Below, in pieces: positions 47,463 to 57,211 of a stretch of 64,000 nucleotides of DNA. Under the pieces are notes generated by a model. The model ran no database searches, had not been told where the DNA came from, and saw only the letters and a list, made by a program, of their open reading frames with translations. Each line of letters starts with the position of its first letter. Positions within the stretch are counted from its first letter, which is position 1. Origin of the DNA: an uncultured Myxococcales bacterium (GTDB lineage Bacteria; Myxococcota_A; UBA9042); the NCBI GenBank assembly GCA_903919145.1, contig CAIXGW010000063.1, forward strand, positions 8,253 to 72,252, in the 5' to 3' direction. Made by a program: the position numbers and the translations under genes.

Positions 47463-49003
47463 GCACCATTGTCGATTGCTCTCAGCCGGGTTTTGCCCCC
47501 GCGGACCTGCGCTGCGAAGTGGTGGTCATTGGCTCTGGCTGCGGCGGGGCCACGGCGGCGCGCGTGCTGGCCCAAGCAGGCCGAGACGTGGTCCTGCTGG
47601 AAGAGGGAGGCGACTTTGAGGGGCCTGAGCGACTGACCCAGCGCGACCTGACCATGTATGACCAGCTCTACGCTGGCCGCGGCGCGCGCACCACCAGCGA
47701 CCGCTCGATTGCGGTGCAGTCGGGCAGGGTCCTGGGCGGCGGTGGGGTGATCAATGCCTGCGACGTAGTGCCAGTGGCACCGCAGACGTGGCAGCTTTGG
47801 CAGCAGCGCTACGGCCTCACCGAGCTTTCTGCAGAAGCAATGCGCCCTTTTGCCGCCCTGGCGCTGCAAGACCTGGGCGCCAACCCAATCCGCGAAGACC
47901 AGCTGAATCGCAACAACTTGCTGCTGCGCCAGGGGGCTCAGGCGCTGGGCTGGCGCGGCGAGGTGATGCAACACAACCGCCAGGATTGCAAAGGGTTGGG
48001 CAGTTGCCTAGTTGGTTGCCCGATCGGCGCCAAGCGCAATCCGCGCAGGGTGTCGGTGCCGCTGGCCCTGGCTGCCGGGGCGCGAATCCTGACCCGGGCG
48101 CGAGCGGTAGAGATTCGCGGCGGCGGCCGCCCGCAAAAAACCGTGGTGGTGCGCACGCTGGACGCCAAGGGCTACCACCCGCAGGCCACCTTCCAGGTGC
48201 AGGCCCAGGTGGTGGTGGTGGCGGCCAATCCGGTGGGCACGGTGCAGCTGCTGCTGGCCTCGGGGATCGGCAATCCATGGGTGGGCCATTTCTTGAGCCT
48301 GCAGCCGCAGATCCCCATCACCGCGCTGCTGCCGGACCCGGTCGACGCTTTTTTGGGGATTCCGCAGGCTTACGCCGTCACCGAGTTTGAGCGGCACGAC
48401 CCCCAACGCGGCCTCAGCGGATTTCGCATCGAGCCGATTTTTGGCACCCCAGGCGTGATTGGCTCAATGGTGACCGACCCAGGCCCAGAGGGAAAGCAGC
48501 TGATGGCGCGCATGAGGCACCTGGCGGCCGCGCTGTTGCTGCTGCCCGATGAGTCGGTGGGGCGGATTCGCCGCAGCTGGTCATCTGGCAAGCCCATTAT
48601 CGACTACACCTTGACGGAGGAGTATCGCCAGCGCGGTCGCCAAGCCATTGTGGCCGCAGCCAAGCTGTACCTGACGGTTGGCGCCGAGTCGGTCCTGCTG
48701 CCGACCGCACCGCCGCTGGTCCTGCGCAGCCAGCAAGACCTTGCCAAGATTGAGCAAACCGTAACGCTGGCCCCAGCGACCCTGCCGCTCATCAGTGCTC
48801 ACCAGCAGGGCGGGATGCGCATGGCACCGGCGCCGGAGCTGGGGCCCTGTGACCCCCACGGGCAGGTCTGGGGCGCGCCGGGCATCTATGTGATGGATGG
48901 CTCTGTGTTTCCCAGTTCCAGCTCCAGCCACACCATGGCGCCGATCCTGACCATGGCCCACTACCTGGCGGGGCGGCTGGCGGCGGAGTGGCCGCGGGGC
49001 TAG
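47459..49003 (+). CDS. GMC-family flavin oxidoreductase
   Basis: VIGSGCGG, LGGGGVIN, C..C..GC, SAHQQG and DGSVFP. Confidence 0.92.
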   Translation: MSTIVDCSQPGFAPADLRCEVVVIGSGCGGATAARVLAQAGRDVVLLEEGGDFEGPERLTQRDLTMYDQLYAGRGARTTSDRSIAVQSGRVLGGGGVINACDVVPVAPQTWQLWQQRYGLTELSAEAMRPFAALALQDLGANPIREDQLNRNNLLLRQGAQALGWRGEVMQHNRQDCKGLGSCLVGCPIGAKRNPRRVSVPLALAAGARILTRARAVEIRGGGRPQKTVVVRTLDAKGYHPQATFQVQAQVVVVAANPVGTVQLLLASGIGNPWVGHFLSLQPQIPITALLPDPVDAFLGIPQAYAVTEFERHDPQRGLSGFRIEPIFGTPGVIGSMVTDPGPEGKQLMARMRHLAAALLLLPDESVGRIRRSWSSGKPIIDYTLTEEYRQRGRQAIVAAAKLYLTVGAESVLLPTAPPLVLRSQQDLAKIEQTVTLAPATLPLISAHQQGGMRMAPAPELGPCDPHGQVWGAPGIYVMDGSVFPSSSSSHTMAPILTMAHYLAGRLAAEWPRG

Positions 49004-49139
49004 GGGCGTGGCAGACCAGCCCGGCAGATCACAGAGAACTGCTTAAAACTGTTGGATGGCATCGGTCTGGCGCTGCGCTCCTAAGCTGGGCGTCTCGCCA
49101 GCGCCCAGGTGGGCGAACCAGTCGAACTCAGGGGCAATC

Positions 49140-52100
49140 CTAGTTGCACAGCCCGCCGCTGCACTTGCCCAGGCCACACGCCATGCCATCTGGCGCGGTG
49201 GGGTGCAGGCAGACGCCGGCCAGGCAGTTCTCCAGCGTGCACGGGTTGCCGTCGTCGCAGCCGGCATAGGTCTTGGCGGCGCAGCCTGCGCTCTCGCTGC
49301 AGTCTGGGTTGCCCCAGGCATCGACACGGAACAACGGAGAAAGCTTGACGTTGCTGTTGGGCTCGCGCAGGGCAATGACGGCGCCTTGGCCACTGCGCGC
49401 GGCGACGGGCACGTAGCCGCCCCACTGGCCGCTGACCGTCCAGGCCTTGCTGAACAGCACCTTGCCATCGCTCAGGCGCAGCCGCGTCCACAACCAGCCA
49501 GAGACCTTCCAGTCGCCGATGCTGGAGACCACCACCACGGTATCGCCTTCGGTCCACACGCCGCCTACCACCTCGTCACTGCCCAGGCTGCTGACCAGCG
49601 GTGTCTGCCACAAGGTAGTGCCGTCCGGGCCAAAGCGGGCCACGCCCAGTTCCTGCCATGGGCTGGAGCAGGAGCTACTGCCACAGGACTTGTAGGTGCG
49701 GCCCGCGGCGACCACGTCATCCGTCGCTGCGACCTTGACCGCTTGAAAGTCGATCCAAGAGGTCCACACGGTCAGGTTGAGCTTGATGGGGGACCCAGGC
49801 ACGCCCGCAGCCGAGAATTTGGTCAGATACATCGGCGGGCCATCGCTGAGGTTGGGGTTGGCGTAGAGCAAGGTCTCGCCGCCTTCGGTCACGCTCAAGA
49901 AGCCGCTGGAGTGGGTCATGGGGGTCTTGATCCGCCAAGAGACCACGCCGCTCTGAGACAGCCGGATGAGCTCGGTCTGGTAGGCGTTGCCGGTCGAGCT
50001 GCCCATCACCACTACCGTGCCACCTTGGGGGTGCGCGGCGAGCATGGTCAAGTTGGGCCAGCCGTACCCGCTGAGGGCTGGAATCTGCACCTGCACCTCA
50101 GGCACGCCGGCATTGCCAATCAGCAACACCTCATTGCCCCTGGCGATCCACGTGCCCTGGGCTGTCCAGGCGGTAGTGTGCCACGCGGGCTCTCCTGTGA
50201 GAGACCAGTTGGCCGTCACGCTGCCGCCAGCCGAGGTGCGCCCCAGCCACGCCGTGCCCTTGGAGGCTCCCGCGGGGTACCAAACGCCCGCCCACTGGGT
50301 GGTGCCGTCTGCCAAAGCCTGCGCCCGCCAGGGCACCACCGTCCCTCCCGTTACCCCTAGGGTTTTCTGCCACAGCCCAGGCCCTTGCGAGGCGCACTTG
50401 CCGCCCGTGCAGGCAAACGCTTCGCAGCCGCTGCCGCCTACAGCGGTGCAGGGCGCTCCGTCGGCGGCTGGCGCCTTGGTGCACTGGCCCTGGCTGCAGC
50501 CATCGGCGGTGCACGGATCGCCGTCATCGCAGGCCATGGAGATCCAGGCAGTGCCTAGGGAATTGCAGGTCTGCACGGCGCTGCCCAGGCACTGCTTGGC
50601 CCCGGGCAGGCACACGGCTGGCGGCACCTCGCACTTGCCGCCATCGCACACCTGACCCATGGCCGCGCACTTGCTCAAGACCGTTGCCTTGGTGCCGGTG
50701 GAATCGCAGGTCGCGACGTCATCGCCCTGACAATACGTCTGCCACGGCACGCACACCTTGGCCTTGCACTCGCCTTTGTTGATGCACACCTGTCCACTGG
50801 GGCAGGGGGCTTGCTTGGACCAGCCGGCGTCTTTGGTGCAGAAACCCGGCACGCCATCGACGCAGCCGTAGTTGCCAAAGATGCAGGGGTTGGTCACGCA
50901 GCTGCCGCTCTTGCAGGAGGCGCCGTTCTGCTGACAGTCCAAGAGGTTTTGCCAGACGCCGCCGATGGCACAGGTCTGCACAATGTCGCCGCTGCACTGG
51001 ACTTGGCCAAGGCTGCAGGGCGGCACCACGCACTGCCCGCTGCTGCACACTTTGCCCGCCTCGCAAGGGGTCGTTTGGTAGGCCTCGCCGTCGGCAGCAC
51101 AGGTCTGCAGGGTCTTGCCGTCGGCACAGGAGACCGCGCCGGCCGTGCACAGGGGGGCTTTCACGCAGGCCCCGGCTTGGCAGATCGTGGGCGACGGGCA
51201 AGGCGCCGCAGTCGTTTTTGCGGTCCCGGTGGCGTCGCAGGTGGCAACCGCGTTGTCTTGGCAGGTCTTGGAGCCGGGAGTACAGACCAGCGGCTTGCAC
51301 AGCCCTTTGCCGGCCTCCACTACGCAGGTCTGGTTGCTGGCGCACGGCCCGCTCTGCCAAAGGCCTTGAGCCGTGCACGTCTGCAGCGCGCTGCCGGCGC
51401 AGCTGGTCTGGCCGCTGGCGCACACCTTGCTGGCACAAGCGCCCGCCAAGCAGACCTTTTCCGCAGGGCAGTCCTTGGCTGCCGACCACTGCAGGCCGTT
51501 GTCGGCACAGGTCTGCCACTGTGGCCCTTGGCACTGGCTGGCGCCGGGCTGGCAGATCTGCGCCTTGCACACGCCGCCCTCGCAGCCCTGATCCTTGGCG
51601 CACGCAGCCTTGATCCACTGTCCGCCATTGCACAATTCGCGGGTCAGCGCATCGGCGCACTGCGCATCGCCGTCTAGGCACAGCTGGGTCACGCACTGGT
51701 TGTCTACGCAGGTCGCACCGCCGTCGCAGTCGGTTGGGTCCACGCACTGCACGCACTGGCCCTTGGATTTGTCGCACACTTGGTCGCCGTCGCACTCTTT
51801 GGTGCTGGCACAGGGCTTGGCCGGGGCCACACACACCCGATCTGCACAGGTCCAGTCTGGCTGGCAGTCCACGCTCTCTTCGCATTGCACGCAGTGGCCA
51901 GCCGAGGAGTCGCACACCGCGTCTAGGCTGGTGCAGTTCTTGTCGCTCTTGCACGGCACGGCAGGCGAGCACACGCCGTCAAAGCACGCTTGGTCAGCGG
52001 CGCACTGGGCTTGACCCTGGCAGCCGCTGGCGGGCGCATCGCCGGCCCCGCCATCGCCGACGGCATCCTTGTCTTGTAGCCCGCCGTCCTGGATGTCTTG

Positions 52101-52292
52101 GTCGGTGCCAGAGGCTCCCAGGTCATTGCCGGCTTGACCGCTGTCGGCAACGCTCAGGCTTGGCGAGGTCTCGGGCCCGCCTCCGCAGCCCGCCAGCCAC
52201 GCGGCCAGCACCGCCACACCAGCTAACTGGGCCCAGCACCGCCGCCTGTCGCCTCGTGAATGCCAGTTCAACGGTGCCTCCCCGGGGTTCAT
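49140..52292 (-). CDS. Large Cys-rich lipoprotein with C-terminal beta-propeller-like region
   Basis: Lipobox LAGC, many C.PG...C.G...QTC repeats, and a Trp-rich propeller-like segment. Confidence 0.78.
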   Translation of the reverse strand: MNPGEAPLNWHSRGDRRRCWAQLAGVAVLAAWLAGCGGGPETSPSLSVADSGQAGNDLGASGTDQDIQDGGLQDKDAVGDGGAGDAPASGCQGQAQCAADQACFDGVCSPAVPCKSDKNCTSLDAVCDSSAGHCVQCEESVDCQPDWTCADRVCVAPAKPCASTKECDGDQVCDKSKGQCVQCVDPTDCDGGATCVDNQCVTQLCLDGDAQCADALTRELCNGGQWIKAACAKDQGCEGGVCKAQICQPGASQCQGPQWQTCADNGLQWSAAKDCPAEKVCLAGACASKVCASGQTSCAGSALQTCTAQGLWQSGPCASNQTCVVEAGKGLCKPLVCTPGSKTCQDNAVATCDATGTAKTTAAPCPSPTICQAGACVKAPLCTAGAVSCADGKTLQTCAADGEAYQTTPCEAGKVCSSGQCVVPPCSLGQVQCSGDIVQTCAIGGVWQNLLDCQQNGASCKSGSCVTNPCIFGNYGCVDGVPGFCTKDAGWSKQAPCPSGQVCINKGECKAKVCVPWQTYCQGDDVATCDSTGTKATVLSKCAAMGQVCDGGKCEVPPAVCLPGAKQCLGSAVQTCNSLGTAWISMACDDGDPCTADGCSQGQCTKAPAADGAPCTAVGGSGCEAFACTGGKCASQGPGLWQKTLGVTGGTVVPWRAQALADGTTQWAGVWYPAGASKGTAWLGRTSAGGSVTANWSLTGEPAWHTTAWTAQGTWIARGNEVLLIGNAGVPEVQVQIPALSGYGWPNLTMLAAHPQGGTVVVMGSSTGNAYQTELIRLSQSGVVSWRIKTPMTHSSGFLSVTEGGETLLYANPNLSDGPPMYLTKFSAAGVPGSPIKLNLTVWTSWIDFQAVKVAATDDVVAAGRTYKSCGSSSCSSPWQELGVARFGPDGTTLWQTPLVSSLGSDEVVGGVWTEGDTVVVVSSIGDWKVSGWLWTRLRLSDGKVLFSKAWTVSGQWGGYVPVAARSGQGAVIALREPNSNVKLSPLFRVDAWGNPDCSESAGCAAKTYAGCDDGNPCTLENCLAGVCLHPTAPDGMACGLGKCSGGLCN

Positions 52293-52403
52293 TGCGCCTG
52301 CCTAGCCGAGCCCTTGCTGGCTGTGCGAATGGACTGCGCGCAGTGGTGCCACAGAACGGCAATTGTGACGATCCCCGCGCCGGCGGTCAATGCGGTGCCG
52401 CGC

Positions 52404-52695
52404 CATCGGACATTGCCCTGGGGACTGTCCGACGGCCCGCCGTGTCGCATCGGACACTGCCCTGGGGAGTGTCCGACGGCCGCCGTGTCGCATCGGACAT
52501 TGCCCTGGGGACTGTCCGACGGCCCGCCGTGTCGCATCGGACATTGCCCTGGGGAGTGTCCGACGGCCCGCCGTGTCGCATCGGACATTGCCCTGGGGAG
52601 TGTCCGACGGCCTGCCGTGTCGCATCGGACATTGCCCTGGGGAGTGTCCGACGGCCCGCCGTGTCGCATCGGACACTGCCCTGGGGAGTGTCCGA
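52404..52695. repeat. 44-bp tandem array of a REP-like palindrome (7 hairpin units)
   Basis: Unit CATCGGACAYTGCCCTGGGGASTGTCCGACGGCCCGCCGTGTCG starts at 52404, 52448, 52491, 52535, 52579, 52623 and 52667. Confidence 0.92.
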
Positions 52696-52698
52696 GGG

Positions 52699-53568
52699 CT
52701 ACGCCACGCCCCACTCAACCGGCACCCCAACCTGCTGGCAAGACAGGCGCCACAACCGCTCGATGTCGTCGGCTCTGCCCGCCTGAGGGGCCGGCTGCGC
52801 AGGCTGCGACCGCGCGAAATACTGGCCGCTCAGCGCCTCAAGCCCGGGCGCCAGTGCGCAATACACAGATGTGGCGGCGCCTTCCTGCAAGCTGTCGGGG
52901 CCGTCCATGCCAAAGCCCTCTCGCAGCAGCTTGGTGCCCACCACGCCTGGATGCAGGCTGAAGGCGCTTAGCTGCGCCGCGTCAAAGCGCTGTGCCAGGG
53001 CGCGGGCAAACATCACATTGGCCAGCTTGGACTGGGCATAGGCGGCGTAGCCCGTCTGCTGTTGCAGGTGATCCCAGTGGATCTGCCCGCGGTTGTGCGC
53101 CACAGACGCGACCACGACCACCCGCGCCGGTGCCGAGCGCAGCAGCAATGGCAACAGCTCGTGAGTCAGCAGCAGGGGCGCCAAGTGGTTGACCTGCCAG
53201 CTGCGTTCCAGCGGATCGACCTGCCCAGTGGCGCCCCGGGCCTGCGCGGCGGCAGCGGCTGGACCGGCGGTCGAAAACACCCCGGCATTGTGAATGACCC
53301 GGTCCAACCGCGGCAGCTGTTCGACCAGTTGCGCGGCTCCGCGGCGAATCGCGGCAAAGTCGGCCAGGTCAAAGACCACCCCCTGGGGCTGGGCGCGACC
53401 GCAGAGCGCTGCGAGTTCAGCGCTCACCGCCTGAACTTTTACCCCGTCGCGACCATGCACGACCACCTGAGCGCCGCGGCTGACCAACTGGCGGGCGGTC
53501 TCGCGGCCGATGCCGTCCGTCGACCCGGTCACAAGGACTACTAGAGAAAGAGGGGTACTGCTGCTCAC
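52699..53568 (-). CDS. Short-chain dehydrogenase/reductase (retinol-DH-like)
   Basis: TGSTDGIG, HNAG, VNHLAP, YAQSK and LHPG. Confidence 0.92.
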   Translation of the reverse strand: MSSSTPLSLVVLVTGSTDGIGRETARQLVSRGAQVVVHGRDGVKVQAVSAELAALCGRAQPQGVVFDLADFAAIRRGAAQLVEQLPRLDRVIHNAGVFSTAGPAAAAAQARGATGQVDPLERSWQVNHLAPLLLTHELLPLLLRSAPARVVVVASVAHNRGQIHWDHLQQQTGYAAYAQSKLANVMFARALAQRFDAAQLSAFSLHPGVVGTKLLREGFGMDGPDSLQEGAATSVYCALAPGLEALSGQYFARSQPAQPAPQAGRADDIERLWRLSCQQVGVPVEWGVA

Positions 53569-53604
53569 CTGGACCTCCGATGCTGGCGCTTTCCTGGATT
53601 GGGC

Positions 53605-53799
53605 TCAGCGCGCCGGCGGAAACACTTTGCCCACCGTGTAGTGGACCGGGCAAAACCCAGTAAACAAGCTGGATACCATCACCACGCCGTCCGCAGCGGC
53701 GATCGCCAAGAACCGCGGGTCCACGTAGTAGCCCAGGGCCAAGCTGCTGAGGTTGAGCAACGCTATGATGCCGTCGTGGAATTTTGTCTGTTTGGTCAA
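53605..53799 (-). CDS. DUF2892 / YgaP-like small membrane protein
   Basis: TTG start with GGAGG upstream; two hydrophobic helices and SLFTGFCP. Confidence 0.75.
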   Translation of the reverse strand: MTKQTKFHDGIIALLNLSSLALGYYVDPRFLAIAAADGVVMVSSLFTGFCPVHYTVGKVFPPAR

Positions 53800-53890
53800 G
53801 GGAATCCTCCTGTGGGGGCTGGCTATGCACGCCGAAAGGGTGCGCGCTGGCCGGCAGACCATAGCAGACCGCCGGCGCAAGCACGACTGA

Positions 53891-54181
53891 CCGCCGGACA
53901 CCCCCAGGGGAATGTCTGATGCTTGTAGCCGTTGACGAATTTCGGACGGCCAGCAGGCGGCCCGCACCGAGAAGCCCCGTCGGACATTCCCTAGGGGAAT
54001 GTCTGATACTTGTAGCCGCTGATGAATTTTGGACGGCCAGCGTTCCGTCCCCGCCGGGCGACACCGCCGGACACTCCCTAGGGGAATGTCTGATCCTTGT
54101 AGCCTTTGACGAATTTCGGACGGCCAGCAGACGGCCCGCACCGAGAAGCCCCGTCGGACACTCCCTAGGGGAATGTCTGAT
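53891..54181. repeat. 87-bp tandem array with four copies of palindrome CGGACAYTCCCTAGGGGAATGTCTG
   Basis: Palindromes start at 53895, 53981, 54068 and 54155. Linkers 1 and 3 are near-identical. Confidence 0.9.
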
Positions 54182-54206
54182 CGGGTTGGCAGCCCTGGTT
54201 GCCGGC

Positions 54207-55661
54207 TCAGGGCTTGCCGATGGCGCCGATCGCCCGAACCTCCGCCGGGCTGTTGTGGTCAAAGCGGATCTCAAACACCGGCAGGCCAGCGGCGAGGCGG
54301 GTCAGCGTGCCGTTGGCCTGGATGCCTCCCAGCCGCTCCAGGGTCGGCAGCAGGTCTCGGGCGGCATCTGGAGGGCACACGCCGGACTCTACCAGGTGAG
54401 TCGCCAGTTCAGCGCGCAGAAAGGCTGTGACCTGGGGGTGGTTCACAAACATCTGAGCGCCCGCCACCATCGGCGACACCAGCGGAACGCGTGTATAGCT
54501 GTGCAGCGCGCCGGTGATGACCACGCTGGCCACCGCGGCCTCGACGTGCTCTCCGCCCAGCACCACCCACTCTAGCTCGGGCGCACCTGCCCAGCGCAGC
54601 TCGTGAAAAGCCCTGAGGAATGCCTGGGCCAGCTCGGGGCGCACGCCATAGCTCGGGTCGGTCATGGCAAACCGCAGGTGGCCGCAGCCCATGTGCTCGG
54701 GGCGCGCCAGGTGGTCCAGCAGAGCAGGGCGCACGCCAGCCGGAGGGTGAATCAGCCAGCGGCGCCACTCCTGCGCATCAAAGATAGAGCCCAGGTGCGG
54801 CGCCACGCGGTCATCTTTGCGCAACCCCTCAACAATCAGGCGATTCATCGCATGGGTGTCGCTGTGCATGTAGAAGCGGCCAAAGGTGTCGACGTGGCGC
54901 TCTAGAATCTGGGCAACTTCGCGCCCGTCCAGGGGCTGGCCTCGCACCTGCTCAATGGCGGCCAGCGCCAGCAGCAGCTCGCCGGCGTCACCGCCCGGCG
55001 TCCCGATGACGCCGTGGTCGTCGCGACCGTCAACGCAGCTGCGCTTGCCGTGCAGCGCCAGCGCCGCCAGCTTGACCCAGCGCACGGCATGGGGATCGCC
55101 CACGTGCAGCTGGATCTGTTCTTGGGTCAGCGGCCCTACACAGGCCTGGGCGTGCAGCGGCCGACCGTCGCGGCCCATGCCCGGCGCCAAGGCAAACAGC
55201 TCTTTGCGGTACGAATTGGGGTCGCGCAGGCACACAAAACCCTGCGAGCGCCAGGCCGCCATCCCGCCCTGCATGGCCGCCACGCGCACCATGCCCAGGG
55301 CCTCCAGATAGCGCGCCGCCACCCCAGCGCGGTCGCCGTGCTGCGACACCAGCACCACGCAGGTCTCGCGGTCCAGCACTTGCGGCACTTCGCCAAGCTT
55401 GTGCAGCGGCACGTGCGTCACCGCCGGAATGTGGCCCAGGGGCCCGGTCAGCTCGGCCTCCTCGCGCAGGTCCAAGATGCGCACCAGCTGGCCCTGCTCG
55501 GCCACAAAGCTGGGCGGCAGCGTGGGCGTGCCACCGCCATCGCGGCGCAGCGTCCCCTGCCAATTCAGCCGCAACAGTCTGGTGGCCGGCGAGTCCGCGG
55601 TAGCCGCGGGAGGATTCACGGGATCAGCAGCAAGCACGGCGTTCTCCTTGGGCATCACCAT
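54207..55661 (-). CDS. Rhodanese-like domain fused to a carbonic-anhydrase-like (CVDGR..H..GCGH) domain
   Basis: LDLRE..E..GHIP..GGMAAW (rhodanese), then SCVDGR..TPGGDAGE..YMHSD..GCGH. Start is 55661 or 55655 (TGATG overlap). Confidence 0.72.
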   Translation of the reverse strand: MVMPKENAVLAADPVNPPAATADSPATRLLRLNWQGTLRRDGGGTPTLPPSFVAEQGQLVRILDLREEAELTGPLGHIPAVTHVPLHKLGEVPQVLDRETCVVLVSQHGDRAGVAARYLEALGMVRVAAMQGGMAAWRSQGFVCLRDPNSYRKELFALAPGMGRDGRPLHAQACVGPLTQEQIQLHVGDPHAVRWVKLAALALHGKRSCVDGRDDHGVIGTPGGDAGELLLALAAIEQVRGQPLDGREVAQILERHVDTFGRFYMHSDTHAMNRLIVEGLRKDDRVAPHLGSIFDAQEWRRWLIHPPAGVRPALLDHLARPEHMGCGHLRFAMTDPSYGVRPELAQAFLRAFHELRWAGAPELEWVVLGGEHVEAAVASVVITGALHSYTRVPLVSPMVAGAQMFVNHPQVTAFLRAELATHLVESGVCPPDAARDLLPTLERLGGIQANGTLTRLAAGLPVFEIRFDHNSPAEVRAIGAIGKP

Positions 55662-56554
55662 AGGATGCCGTTGGCGTCGACAGTCACGGCGGCGGGCAAC
55701 TCGCTATCGCCCAAGCGCTGGCGCAAGTTGCGTTCGATAGTGACGGACAGGCTGGTAATGGGCAGCGAGTTCCAGAAGTGGTTGAACGGGTCTTCGAGCA
55801 CACGCCCCGTCTCGCTGATCAGGGTAAAGGCCAGGCAGACCGCCAGGTTGACCGGCACCACCGCCCAGCTGAGGTTGGCCACCACCGCCAGCGGAAACAG
55901 GATCGCAAACAGCACCAAGAGCTGCGACACAAAGAAGGCGTAGCCGCGCGGCATCGGCGTGCGCTTGATCCGCTCGCAGCCGCCTTGGGCGTCCAGCAGC
56001 GCTGCCAAGGTTTGGTCCAGGCTCTGCAGACGCAGCGGCTCGACGCCGGCGCGGGTCAGCTCGCTCAGCGTCTGGTCCAGCAGCGCGTGGCACGGCGAGC
56101 TCTGTAGCCGCAATTCGTCGACTTGGCCCTCGGTCAGGCCGCACAGCGCGACAGAACGCTGCACCATGGGGTCGGTAAAGGGGTCGTCGTCGCGCAATTG
56201 GCAACGCAGGACATGAACATACAGGACCTGCCGCCTGACCGCGCGCTCGGCCGTGGCGCGATCGCTTAGGTAGGCCAACGCCTGCGAGCCAAGCATGCGG
56301 CTGCTGTTGACGAGCTTGCCCCACAGCTGCCGGCCCTCCCACCAGCGCGCATAGGCACCGTTGACGCGAAAGCTGGCGAAAATGCCCAGCGCCGCGCCAA
56401 CGATGCTGGCCGGAGCGATGGGAATCTGAAAGTGGGTCCAGCCAGCGACGTCGTGGATCAGCCACGCCGAAGCGCCCAACCCGGCGTACATCAGCCCATA
56501 GCGCCATTGCCAGCGCAGCACCCGCAGTAGGGAGCCGCCGTTGGAGACCATCAT
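55655..56554 (-). CDS. Bestrophin-family anion channel
   Basis: FRVNGAYARWWEGRQLWG, CERIKRTPMP and LEDPF. Confidence 0.93.
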   Translation of the reverse strand: MMVSNGGSLLRVLRWQWRYGLMYAGLGASAWLIHDVAGWTHFQIPIAPASIVGAALGIFASFRVNGAYARWWEGRQLWGKLVNSSRMLGSQALAYLSDRATAERAVRRQVLYVHVLRCQLRDDDPFTDPMVQRSVALCGLTEGQVDELRLQSSPCHALLDQTLSELTRAGVEPLRLQSLDQTLAALLDAQGGCERIKRTPMPRGYAFFVSQLLVLFAILFPLAVVANLSWAVVPVNLAVCLAFTLISETGRVLEDPFNHFWNSLPITSLSVTIERNLRQRLGDSELPAAVTVDANGILW

Positions 56555-56773
56555 CGCGCCGCATCCTCCCGATCCTCTGTTCGCGCCGCCAAGCTAGCCG
56601 GGCCCCGCCGTCCGCGTCCAGCGGCACCCAGCCAACCTACCATCCTGGCTTGCATTTTTGAACTCCGTCTGGCGGCTGCGCCGACCTCCGTTGCTTGAGC
56701 TTGGCTTCGCGCCGCTACACGGGGCCCCCTGGGAGCCCGGGCGCTTGGGTGGCCAGCAGCCGACCGCCAGTCT

Positions 56774-57211
56774 CTAACTGCCGCGGCGATGGCGCCACTG
56801 GGGGCTGGGAATTGGCAATTCTACGGCAGAAAACTGCACCGGCAGCTGCCGCACTACCTCCAGCCGGTTGGCGGCCGCTGCCTCGGTCGCCACAATAAAC
56901 GGCAAGGAAATCGCCGGTGGTTGCCGACCACTGCCGTCAACGCTGCGGGTGACATAACGCTCCAGGTCCATCAGCGCTCCCTCAAAGCCCGCGCCGGCCT
57001 CGACCTCCAGCAGGATGGGCACTTTGACCACCAACGGCACCCCGTCAAACAGCGGCACCCGCACTTCCATTTCCAGCACAAAGTCTGGGCTTTTGTTTGA
57101 CTCGGCCTCGCGCTGGGGGTGCAGGCGCAGGGTCACGGTGGCGTCTTGCATGGCGGCTTGCAGGCGCGGCTGCAGCCACGCAGCCATGGCGTCTTCGCCG
57201 CGGCCTTTCAT
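56774..57211 (-). CDS. Small hypothetical protein with PD-(D/E)xK-like motif (PD..ExE)
   Basis: ATGA overlap with the upstream ATPase. Sequence E..KSPDFVL..ILLEVEAG followed by a helix (ALMDLERY). Confidence 0.55.
   Translation of the reverse strand: MKGRGEDAMAAWLQPRLQAAMQDATVTLRLHPQREAESNKSPDFVLEMEVRVPLFDGVPLVVKVPILLEVEAGAGFEGALMDLERYVTRSVDGSGRQPPAISLPFIVATEAAAANRLEVVRQLPVQFSAVELPIPSPQWRHRRGS

Noticed and set aside
52404-52695. Possible CRISPR array
   Set aside because: The intervening sequences are short (about 16 bp) and near-identical rather than unique spacers, and there are no cas genes in the window.
53891-54181. Possible CRISPR array with ~26-bp palindromic repeats
   Set aside because: The ~60-bp linkers are homologous to each other (1 and 3 near-identical), so this is a tandem duplication.
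53417-54274. 285-aa ORF with IRHSPRECP repeats
   Set aside because: It arises from the 87-bp (29-codon) repeat and overlaps the better-supported DUF2892 and SDR genes.
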